Assembly: GCA_000091205.1 (NCBI GenBank)
Contig: AP006491.2
Strand: one strand, 5' to 3'
Source: Cyanidioschyzon merolae
Taxonomy: Eukaryota
Length of the DNA stretch: 64,000 bases
The position numbers and the translations under genes are program-made. Below the pieces are notes generated by a model. That model saw nothing but the letters and a program-made list of their open reading frames with translations. It searched no databases and was not told the origin of the DNA. Positions 32,042 to 42,281 of the stretch are shown here, in pieces. Each line of letters starts with the position of its first letter. Positions within the stretch are counted from its first letter, which is position 1.

Positions 32042-34432
32042 ATCGTTCACCAATTGCCCAGGAGAAGGTTCCCATTACATACATCTTTGTAGTGCTCCAG
32101 CCTTTCCGGTTCGCTGACCCGTGCTACACCAGCGACTCGCCCAGGGCGGATATCCAATGCCCGCCCACCTGACCACCGATTCGTATTCATCGCAACGCAT
32201 CAGCTTCCCAGCACAATACCTCCACTGAGCACTAGAGGATTCCCTCAAGAGTTCGCTCGACACAATGCCGCGGGACGCTCCGAACGCTCCCGGCATTTCC
32301 GTAAGTTGATCGAGGCGCTCAGGTCTGGGTGCAGCAAGTGCATGCGCACTTGTTGCGGATCGAGCCGCGGCATAGCAAGTCTCCTATCTTCGATGGCCTC
32401 GTCAACTGACGCCCGGTCAGTTTGCCGTTGACCAGCCCGTGCATCCGACACGCTTCTACGCTGTTCCTCTCTACCAGCTCCAGCGTGCACCCCTGCCTGT
32501 GATGCGCGTACATCGCCCTGTTCGCATTGACAGCAATAGTGCAGAATCGACTCGTGCACTCGTTGCACGCCGCCGTCGAAGGCACGGGAGTACAGCCTGT
32601 GCGCAGCACTGCGCGTCGAGCGCCACAGGCTACCGCCAAACGACGCGAATTGTCGATCATCTCCCTCTGCTCTCCATTGAAGAAGTGAGCTGGTGCGCGC
32701 TCGTGGTTTCATCGCACCGAGCTGGTTGGCGATCTCAATGCGGTCTCATGAAAACCTGCCAGGGATAGCCCACGTGAGCCAGATACACGCTCTTGTACGC
32801 TCTGTGAGTGGCGCGCACAACGCATCCCGCTCAACTCGTTCAGGTGCTCAGAGCGCCATCATCGGGTCTGACGCCGCTATTCCACCCGCTGGCATGCCGC
32901 CTGGCGTCCATCACGCCCGACTCCAGATAATACAGAGCCATGGAAAAACTTGAGCAGCCTCATGTGCTTTCCATTCACTTCGTAGCGTCTGAGCGCTTCA
33001 CCCAGAGGTACGGCGATGTCCTTGAGGTTGATAGACCGGAGATTCACACCCGCCACGACGCTTGTCTCCTTCTCTCGGTTGAACTGTCGCAAAGCACCCT
33101 CTTTGCTCGATTCAAGCCTCCGTTTCACAAAGTGTGGGCAAATGGATATTCAGTGTGATCTTGACCCTCGGATAATTTCCCCCGGGTGCCCTCCCGGGTC
33201 CTCTTGTCATACGGATTCTGCTGTTCTGTAACCAACGGAATTTTCTCCATCTCCTAATGTTGGCGCGGTGCTATAGACGTGGACCCTATATCGCATGCCC
33301 GCTTTTCTTCCTCGGGGTTCAGAGGCACTGGATGGCCGCCGGCACTGAGACTTGCGTTTTCTGTGTATGTATCTCCAAGTCTTCGAGCGCTCTTCCTCAC
33401 CTGCTCTGTCGCGGGCACGCTCACGCACCGTAGTGCACCTGTCCGCCCCCTTGGTTTCACACGCGATCGGAGAAGCGGGAGTGCGGTTCAGGCCTGGTGA
33501 AGCAAGAGAACGAGTCGTCGTAGGACGGTGCTGCGGATGCAAACGAAGCGTCTATGGATCCGTGAAAGTAGAGACGGCGTTTGACGAAACAGAAGTCGCC
33601 TTCGGCTGGGTGCAACCAAAGAGCCTAGGTTGGAACGAGGGACAGCTCAACGCCAATCTCAATTGCAGACGCCCTGACCGCGTTTGACCGATGGAAAAGC
33701 GGCACTGCCGAAGAGCAGTGCAGAAGAATTCGGTACTGGGAGCTCACGAACCGCTTCGATGAGGAAATGGACCATTGAACGATCCTGTCTGTTTGGTGAT
33801 TTGAGGGCGATCCCAACTGAATCCGGGGGCGAGGCGCATGTCGTCACCGTACGCGCCTGTGCCATATTTACGACCAGCGGTGATCCGCTGTTTGAGCACC
33901 CATATCGAGGTCGACCATTTCGCTCGGATGATACCTCATCGAGTGAAACGGAGACCGGCCCGTTCTGTACTAACCGTGCGCGTTACAGCATGAGATCGGT
34001 AGCGCGTTATTCAACGCACGACGGTCTCCCGAAGAAGAGCGCTTTTTGCTCTGTCCATCCGTGTCTCTTGGTGGCCATTGTATCGAGGGCACGGAAGCTA
34101 CACATCCTGTTGGTTCGTTAGGAACGTTTCCGAGAGCACGTATGGAGTGGATTGGATTGACTGGGAGACAATTTTGTGTACCGAGTTTGATCGTTTCCGT
34201 CGTGATGCCCAGAACGCAGAATAAGTAGTATGAGGAGTGCGGCTCATGTACCAGCTCACCGTAGAACAACTGACTTGAGCAAGTAAGGCCGTGTGTCGGA
34301 AGCTGGCAGTCACAGCATAAAGCATTTCCGCGATCTTTCTCCGATCCACGAGATACGTTCCTCTTGGTGAATACCTGCGCGAAGAGAACAAAAGAGGGTG
34401 TGCTTGTAAAGATATCCTAGAACGTACTGCTC
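32042..34432 (-). repeat. IR2 left arm (2.39 kb), degenerate RT-like (non-LTR retroelement?) sequence
   Basis: It is the reverse complement of 38153-40542. Boundaries were read directly: atcgttcaccaattgccc at 32042 corresponds to gggcaattggtgaacgat ending at 40542, and gaacgtactgct ending at ~34432 corresponds to agcagtacgttc at ~38153. The ORF translations of the two arms differ at only a few residues. Confidence 0.9.
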
Positions 34433-34808
34433 TGCATACGGCATTTCGCTTGGGCTACTACTAACTGCGAGAGGCTTGCTGTCGGATGCGCGCTTTAGTG
34501 CGCTGCCCATGCAGAAAAGCTAAAAGACTGTATTCGCTCTTTACAGAGCTGACTGCTGCTCCTCGTGTGGTTCGTGGACCCTCTCGCTTCTCGGGCACGA
34601 GTGTCTGCAGGCCGCGCGTTGCACGTACCGAGAACAGAAAGCAGAACTGCTCGTTTGAGACGCTAGGCGCGGCAGGGAAACGAAAACAGTCGGCACTGTC
34701 CTGTGGTAGTCCCTGCTCCAGGGACTTTTGGCGGTGGCTCTTGAGCCAGTCCACAAACACTGAGCGTTAGCTACGAGAAAAAAGTGTGTTCTGGAAAGCC
34801 GGTGTAAA

Positions 34809-35372
34809 ATGGCGGAGCATCGAAAGCGCAAGCCGACGAAGTGTCTGCGGAATCTTCTCCTCACTGGAACTCCGGGAACCGGCAAATCTACAGTTGCTGC
34901 GAAGTTTTGTGCGAGAATGCGGTTGAACGTACCTGCAAACGACTGGCCTGTTCATATAAACGTCTCTGAACTGATCAAGGAGAACCCGTCGCGGTTCGCT
35001 GAGGAGTTTGATAGCGAACGCGACTGCTTCGTTATCAACGAAGACGCCGTAGTTGAGCACCTAGAGCCCATAGTGCAAAAGTGTAATGTGGTCTTAGAGC
35101 ACCATTCCAGTGACTGGTTCCCGGAACGCTGGTTTTCCCGAGTTGTGGTCCTGGCCAGCGCGACTGATGTACTGTATCGACGACTCGAGGCGAGAGGATA
35201 CACGACGGAAAAAGTGCAAGAAAACGTAGAAGCAGAAATCATGCAAGTTTGTGCAGATGAAGCGATGACGAGTTATGACCGCAAGATTGTTGACATTTAC
35301 GAGAACAATACTGAGGACGATATGGAGCGAATCGTAGGGAACCTCTGCGAATGGTGGTTGATCAGAAGTTGA
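34809..35372 (+). CDS. AK6: Adenylate kinase isoenzyme 6 (AK6/Fap7/hCINAP)
   Basis: The P-loop is NLLLTGTPGTGKST. The size (187 aa) and layout fit the AK6 family. Confidence 0.85.
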   Translation: MAEHRKRKPTKCLRNLLLTGTPGTGKSTVAAKFCARMRLNVPANDWPVHINVSELIKENPSRFAEEFDSERDCFVINEDAVVEHLEPIVQKCNVVLEHHSSDWFPERWFSRVVVLASATDVLYRRLEARGYTTEKVQENVEAEIMQVCADEAMTSYDRKIVDIYENNTEDDMERIVGNLCEWWLIRS

Positions 35373-36846
35373 TCTGTCGACAAGCAGCAACCTGCTGCTC
35401 ACTCGGGCAATATGGGCACTTGAATCTTGTGTTGCCCCTGGGCAGGCGGTTCACTGTTTCTTTGCAGAGCACGTGGCCACAGGGGAGCAAGTACGGCGGA
35501 TTCGTTGGAGTGCTCTGCTCTCTGGAAACTGGGCAGACGAATATAGAGTGGTATTTGTACTTCTTGCCCAGGTCTATCTCAACAGGAAGTTCTTCCCGTT
35601 GTGTCCAGGATTCACGCGTTGCGAGCAGTCGAGTAGCGCGCATCAAAACTGGCAGTGCTATCGTTCCGCACGCAACAACGCTGTACAGGGGACTCTCCTC
35701 GCTTAGATCGAGATGTGCCCAGAAACAACGCCGAAAGGATTGCTCGGCGTCATCGGATAGCGCAGAGGTAAAAAATGAGGCATATGGAGATTTTGCGATA
35801 CGCGATACGAAGGCAAAGCAACCCATAAGTTGCTGAATTTCCTTAGTCTGGGAACGCTGGAAACGAGCAAAATGCTGGCGGGCGTATGCCAGGGCCTCTG
35901 GTAGTCGCCTTTCCTGTAGATAATTGACGAATCGCAAACGATGAAGTTTGAATTCCAGTTCACGTAGTTTTTCGGCAAGCGCTTGACGTCCAGCGTTCGT
36001 GGGTACAGACGGGGTAGCGCTGTGCGGTATGTATGTCGAGTCCTGCATCCTTTGCGCCGCTGAGCTCTCCGAGGCGCCGTCCTGGCTATCGCTGCTTCGC
36101 TCTATCCAGGAAGAGACCCGCTGTGTCCAGAGAATAGCAGGCTCAAGCGTTCCGTGGCGAATATCGTTCAAAATAGCGTACAAATCCCTGAAAGGGAGTC
36201 GATACGTGTCCTCAAAGCTTTGGCCGGACTCTCTAGCGAAGGAGTCCGCGATATCGAAGTGACCTTCTCGATAGAGGTGCTCACCGATTGCTCGTTCAAG
36301 AAGTGTTTTCTCCAGCGGTTGAACATTGCATAGTTGAGAGATCTGTGGGTCAAAACAATTTTCCCCGCTTTTCGTGTACTTGGTAATTGCAGCTTTCAAC
36401 TCCTTCTCTCGTACAGACAGAGTCTCGAAGAGAGCCAAAACTTGTTGCTGAAACTCTGCCAACAGCAACTTGCGTGCTTCTACAGATGTCGTAGGCGACA
36501 GTATGGCGACTTGGAAGCGATCCAGAGCATCCTTCAGGTTCTGGCACGCGTCAAAACTGGAGCCCGAAAGTTTCTTCTGTTTCGCGACCAGCCGCACCAG
36601 GTCCGCCGCAACACTCACAAGTCCAGCGCCGCGTTCTTTTGGCAACTGGCCGCTCATCAGAGCCTGTGATGTCTCGGTGCCAGACATGTCGCCTCCTGGG
36701 GGCCTTTTCCACAAGCGCCGACACGAGAGTAACGACCTCGTATACCAGCACAGGAACCGTTCCAGGACACGCACTCGATCTGCTTCGTCTGTTGATGAGT
36801 CGCAGTCGATCGCGGCCGTCGCCCCTGTTGCGGCCCCCAGCAGCAA
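35362..36846 (-). CDS. RMD5: RMD5/GID2-type CTLH-complex E3 ligase subunit (LisH-CTLH-CRA plus degenerate RING)
   Basis: A LisH/CTLH-like region is present (LERAIGEHLYREGHFDIADSFARESG, LNDIRHGTLEPAILW). The C-terminus FVCPVSREQSTPTNPPYLLPCGHVLCKETVNRLPRGNTRFKCPYCPSEQ is collinear with RMD5. It overlaps the AK6 3' end by 11 bp. Confidence 0.8.
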   Translation of the reverse strand: MLLGAATGATAAIDCDSSTDEADRVRVLERFLCWYTRSLLSCRRLWKRPPGGDMSGTETSQALMSGQLPKERGAGLVSVAADLVRLVAKQKKLSGSSFDACQNLKDALDRFQVAILSPTTSVEARKLLLAEFQQQVLALFETLSVREKELKAAITKYTKSGENCFDPQISQLCNVQPLEKTLLERAIGEHLYREGHFDIADSFARESGQSFEDTYRLPFRDLYAILNDIRHGTLEPAILWTQRVSSWIERSSDSQDGASESSAAQRMQDSTYIPHSATPSVPTNAGRQALAEKLRELEFKLHRLRFVNYLQERRLPEALAYARQHFARFQRSQTKEIQQLMGCFAFVSRIAKSPYASFFTSALSDDAEQSFRRCFWAHLDLSEESPLYSVVACGTIALPVLMRATRLLATRESWTQREELPVEIDLGKKYKYHSIFVCPVSREQSTPTNPPYLLPCGHVLCKETVNRLPRGNTRFKCPYCPSEQQVAACRQINF

Positions 36847-37189
36847 AGGCGACAGCAGCAGCGTCGTGAAACAATACCGAGAGACGTCCCAGCGGGTATC
36901 AGTTGTTACTCCCCGAAATTACCATAGGAAATATGGCGCTGAAATATGCGGAAAAGAAAGCATCACGGTTGGCGCGACTTTTTCTGTCCGTGCTGACGCC
37001 CTGTTAAGCTTGGATGTTCATCGGAAGGGGCGCTGTGCTCCAGTAGATTCATGTTGCAGCGCTGCGGCTGTTGTATCTCTTTCCGAGAGATAAGATGTGG
37101 AAATTCTCGTTATGTGCCGCTCTTGTGCACTGAACATGCGTCTTGAAACTTGGCAATACATTGCCTTGGCTCGTGGGAGAGTGCATGCA

Positions 37190-38150
37190 TTAGACGCCTT
37201 CAGCCGTGGTCAGTGCATGTCGATGGTGCCGTGGTGACTGGGAGCAATCCGCCATGGTGGCTGATAATTGCGCAAAACCCCGCTCAATACGGAGCAAAAT
37301 ACGTCTGGCGCTCGAATCCGCACCGTCACCACAGATATAGAGCCCGTTGGCAACAAGCGAGTCGCGATTATGTCCCACGTTTGGACTTGGTTGCATCGCG
37401 CCTGCGGTTAATGTGCATGCTTGCAGCTATTGCCGCGTTTGCGCCGGGCATGCGTGCCCGCCTGAGGCTTCCCCTCGTTATGCATTTCCAAAGCGCACTC
37501 GGGATTGCGCAGCTGCTACTTCAAGCACACACGAGCCCGAGGACGGCCGCCGCCATAGCATAGAGAAGTACCGCTGTTCGTGAATGCCGCCAGAGAGGTC
37601 CCCGAATGCAGCCTCTCTTCTGAACGAGGATTACTGTTCGGGAAGTCCAAAAGGATGCTCCTCTTGGGGGCTTGTATCGAGCGTTCGCAAGATTTCTCCT
37701 GACACGCGCTCGGAGGACAGCAATGCAACACCGGCCCGAGTGGTCAGCGATCTTTCAACTCCGGGGGCACTTTCGCTCTACCTACCAAACTGTCGATGGT
37801 CTGGACGCATGAATAAGCTGCTAGATTCCGGACTTTACGACGCAAAACAACAGGTTTGCGTCATGGTACAGAGGTGCGCCCTCGGTAGAGGTGCCTGAAG
37901 GACCCATTCCATGCCAGGCTGAACACCAGAACGATACGGCGCAGAAACAACCATCACGCGTTCAGATGATGCTGGTTAGATTCAGGAAGCCAGAAGTACC
38001 CACATCTGGGAAGCGGCTTGAGCTCCTTTGGACAGAGCTGCGTATGCTTTACTGGCAAGTGGGTCAATTAGAGTCCAGCCGAGCCAGTGACTCTCCAGCA
38101 GGACGTGCACACGATGCTGATTTCCGGTTTGTCGGTACGCGTTACATTCA
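37190..38150 (-). pseudogene. Fragment of an FAD-dependent oxidoreductase-like gene (COG2509-like?), with in-frame stops, cut off by IR2 right arm
   Basis: A single minus frame reads ...GVALLSSERVSGEILRTLDTSPQEEHPFGLPEQ*...DSLVANGLYICGDGADSSARRILLRIERGF. The GLYxxGDGA terminal FAD motif is present, and the upstream part is xGHSARD-like. There are about 5 in-frame stops. The expected N-terminal dinucleotide-binding part would lie beyond 38152, where the repeat arm begins. Confidence 0.3.
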
Positions 38151-38152
38151 AA

Positions 38153-40542
38153 GCAGTACGTTCTAGGATATCTTTACAAGCACACCCTCTTTTATTCTCT
38201 TCGCGCAGGTATTCACCAAGAGGAACGTATCTCGTGGATCGGAGAAAGATCGCGGAAATGCTTTATGCTGTGACTGCCAGCTTCCGACACACGGCCTTAC
38301 TTGCTCAAGTCAGTTGTTCTACGGTGAGCTGGTACATGGGCCGCACTCCTCATACTACTTATTCTGCGTTCTGGACATCACGACGGAAACGACCAAACTC
38401 GGTACACAAAATTGTCTCCCAGTCAATCCAATCCACTCCATACGTGCTCTCGGAAACGTTCCTAACGAACCAACAGGATGTGTAGCTTCCGTGCCCTCGA
38501 TACCAATGGCCACCAAGAGACACGGATGGACAGAGCAAAAAGCGCTCTTCTTCGGGAGACCGTCGTGCGTTGAATAACGTGCTACCGATCTCATGCTGTA
38601 ACGCGCACGGTTAGTACAGAACGGGCCGGTCTCCGTTTCACTCGATGAGGTATCATCCGAGCGAAATGGTCGACCTCGATATGGGTGCTCAAACAGCGGA
38701 TCACCGCTGGTCGTAAATATGGCACAGGCGCGTACGGTGACAACATGCGCCTCGCCCCCGGATTCAGTTGGGATCGCCCTCAAATCACCAAACAGACAGG
38801 ATCGTTCAATGGTCCATTTCCTCATCGAAGCGGTTCGTGAGCTCCCAGTACCGAATTCTTCTGCACTGCTCTTCGGCAGTGCCGCTTTTCCATCGGTCAA
38901 ACGCGGTCAGAGCGTATGCAATTGAGATTGGCGTTGAGCTGTCCCTCGTTCCAACTTAGGCTCTTTGGTTGCACCCAGCCGAAGGCGACTTCTGTTTCGT
39001 CAAACGCCGTCTCTACTTTCACGGATCCATAGACGCTTCGTTTGCATCCGCAACACCGTCCTACGACGACTCGTTCTCTTGCTTCACCAGGCCTGAACCG
39101 CACTCCCGCTTCTCCGATCGCGTGTGAAACCAAGGGGGCGGACAGGTGCACTACGGTGCGTGAGCGTGCCCGCGACAGAGCAGGTGAGGAAGAGCGCTCG
39201 AAGACTTGGAGATACATACACAGAAAACGCAAGTCTCAGTGCCGGCGGCCATCCAGTGCCTCTGAACCCCGAGGAAGAAAAGCGGGCATGCGATATAGGG
39301 TCCACGTCTATAGCACCGCGCCAACATTAGGAGATGGAGAAAATTCCGTTGGTTACAGAACAGCAGAATCCGTATGACAAGAGGACCCGGGAGGGCACCA
39401 GGGGGGAATTATCCGAGGGTCAAGATCACACTGAATATCCATTTGCCCACACTTTGTGAAACGGAGGCTTGAATCGAGCAAAGAGGGTGCTTTGCGACAG
39501 TTCAACCGAGAGAAGGAGACAAGCGTCGTGGCGGGTGTGAATCTCCGGTCTATCAACCTCAAGGACATCGCCGTACCTCTGGGTGAAGCGCTCAGACGCT
39601 ACGAAGTGAATGGAAAGCACATGAGGCTGCTCAAGTTTTTCCATGGCTCTGTGTTATCTGGAGTCGGGCGTGATGGACGCCAGGCGGCATGCCAGCGGGT
39701 GGAATAGCGGCGTCAGACCCGATGATGGCGCTCTGAGCACCTGAACGAGTTGAGCGGGATGCGTTGTGCGCGCCACTCACAGAGCGTACAAGAGCGTGTA
39801 TCTGGCTCATGTGGGCTATCCCTGGCAGGTTTCCATGAGACCGCATTGAGATCGCCAACCAGCGCGGTGCGATGAAACCACGAGCGCGCACCAGCTCACT
39901 TCTTCAATGGAGAGCAGAGGGAGATGATCGACAATTCGCGTCGTTTGGCGGTAGCCTGTGGCGCTCGACGCGCAGTGCTGCGCACAGGCTGTACTCCCGT
40001 GCCTTCGACGGCGGCGTGCAACGAGTGCACGAGTCGATTCTGCACTATTGCTGTCAATGCGAACAGGGCGATGTACGCGCATCACAGGCAGGGGTGCACG
40101 CTGGAGCTGGTAGAGAGGAACAGCGTAGAAGCGTGTCGGATGCACGGGCTGGTCAACGGCAAACTGACCGGGCGTCAGTTGACGAGGCCATCGAAGATAG
40201 GAGACTTGCTATGCCGCGGCTCGATCCGCAACAAGTGCACATGCACTTGCTGCACCCAGACCTGAGCGCCTCGATCAACTTACGGAAATGCCGGGAGCGT
40301 TCGGAGCGTCCCGCGGCATTGTGTCGAGCGAACTCTTGAGGGAATCCTTTAGTGCTCAGTGGAGGTATTGTGCTGGGAAGCTGATGCGTTGCAATGAATA
40401 TGAATCGGTGGTCAGGTGGGCGGGCATTGGATATCTGCCCTGGGCGAGTCGCTGGTGTAGCACGGGTCAGCGAACCGGAAAGGCTGGAGCACTACAAAGA
40501 TGTATGTAATGGGAACCTTCTCCTGGGCAATTGGTGAACGAT
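38153..40542 (+). repeat. IR2 right arm (2.39 kb), degenerate RT-like sequence
   Basis: The plus-strand frames give, in order, EQQNPYDKRTREGTRG (~39360; QxGFxxGR-like), VVAGVNLRSINLKDIAVP (~39520; xxDxxKAFDxV-like) and GWNSGVRPDDGALS (~39690; GVRQGDPLSP-like). There are many stops. The assignment is weak. Confidence 0.4.
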
Positions 40543-40749
40543 AGAGGTGTTATATCATTGGATACTAGTAAGAATACTCGGGATATAACGAGAGCGTTTG
40601 GTAGCATTGCTACAACGCAGGATCGGAGTCCTGGTTATGCATTGAAATATTAAATAACTCTCAGCGGAAACCTCCGAGGGCGTTTTCAAATCAAGAGGGA
40701 AAACGGTTCGCTCGGAGTCTACACCTGTGTGACACTAATACAGAAAACT

Positions 40750-41958
40750 GAAGAGCTCGCTCTCTTCATGCCTCGAGATTTTCCCGACCTTATTCAGCTG
40801 ACGTCCAATTACAAGGGTTCGTAAAGTAACCGATATCATCATCCTGTTCATACGGCCAGGCCAAGCGTCCACTCGCCTCGTTTTTTTTTCTGTTTAGCAT
40901 GCTCGAATCAAGCAGACTACAAGCTTTCGCTCTTTCTTTTTCAGAGGTAACTCGTGAGCGTAGTGATCTGTGCAACGGGATTGATGAGTAAAAATACTTG
41001 ACGTCGCCCATGCGCGACCTCTTCACAAGCTCATGCCGAAACTTCACTGAATTTCTCCCGTTAAATGATAAATTACGTTCGGATTACAAATTCAGCTCTT
41101 TTTGTGGCCATTTACGAAGCGGTATTCAATTGCTGTTGGATAGCTCTCACGGGATATGCTGCCAGAGGCTCCCGTCTCGTTGGTTTGCAGGGAAAAGAGT
41201 TTCGGACTGGGACTAGAGACATCGCTGCGGTCGCTCCCAGTGTAGGGAGTGTAACGATTTTGTACGACGCGAGCGTAGAACGGATCGAAATCCATCGATT
41301 TCTTCACCACCCTGGATTTTCGTTCCGGAACTTGTTTCAGTACGCAGAAAGTAGCGTTCCACAAATCCTCTATCCAATGGAGCAGCATGCGCTTACGTGT
41401 GCTGCGGACGGAGCATTCGCAATGGGAATCGCCCAGAAGAAGCCTTTGATCATGTGATAGGGCAGCAGGCGTCGAAAACAAAGACCGCATCAGGCGGAGC
41501 CTTCTAGACCGGTAAAGGGCGTGTACCGAGCGTTGAAGGAAGCGTTCACGCTTCACAAGGCAACCATCGGAGGAGCAGTAACGGCCGACACGTGGGATCA
41601 CTTCAACTCTGTTAAATGTTACCGCTACGAGGGGCGACTTGGGGCTGCGTTCGAATGTGATGAAAATAGCAAACAGACTGTAGATCGCTTCTTCCGCCTG
41701 TGTATGAAATGCATCACCAGCAGCAGCAAGCAGCAGAGTCGGGACTTGAGTAGCGCCATCCACATCCTTCCCCTGGTGACATCGAAGCTGATGGGAACGG
41801 AGAGACCACCATAGAAATCCGCATATTACAGTGGAAAAGTAAGTAGTGGCAGAACGAGCCTACAAGACTAATGTTGATGATAGCGCGAAGAGACCCAAAC
41901 GTCTGCTCGTACGTTCCTGTTAGCTAGACGGGACTCGTTCCGTTTTAGTGTGACATGG
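40750..41958 (+). pseudogene. Y-family TnpB/Fanzor-like relic (diverged solo copy)
   Basis: The plus-strand translation reads ERIEIHRFLHHPGFSFRNL, then KKPLIM*, then TWDHFNSVKC (41593-41619), then FFRLCMKCITSSSKQQSRDLSSAIHILPLV (motif at 41737-41778, with one CxxC retained). The antisense ORF 41092..41763 shares SVHALYRSRRLR with the 229-aa antisense ORF of arms A and B. Confidence 0.5.
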
Positions 41959-42281
41959 AGCCCATACTTTGCGTGGAGCTCTTGGAGGGATTGGACGTCT
42001 GGCATCCGGCAGGCCGCCGTTTAAGCTACGTGTATGGTTTTGTGCTGAAGTAGACGTGCGACGAGCTGCCTTCGTGTCCACTTGTACACATGCCTTCACT
42101 TGTTGGCGTCTAAGGAGCAAGCGGACGCGCACGGGTCGCGGACGCGAGTTGGCGCCAAACAACTTGAAAGTGTGCTCCTCCTCGTCGAGGTCGACGTTTT
42201 CGCAGCTCACAGAGAAGCGAAAAGTCTTTCCTGCAGAGTTCTCGCCGCTCCCTGATTCGATCTTTTGGGTGGAGCTTCGAC

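Noticed and set aside
36470-37093. 207-aa plus-strand ORF.
   Set aside because: It is antisense to the RMD5-like CDS and is S/R/A-rich.
41850-41900. Minus-strand reading FGSLRAIINISLVG (and RFGSLLAIINTSRYG at ~51770, PLPAAINAIL at ~1200) as a third, antisense RuvC-III motif.
   Set aside because: DNA alignment shows the block is homologous to the plus-strand RuvC-III segment of other Y copies. The antisense AAIN-like reading is therefore coincidental.
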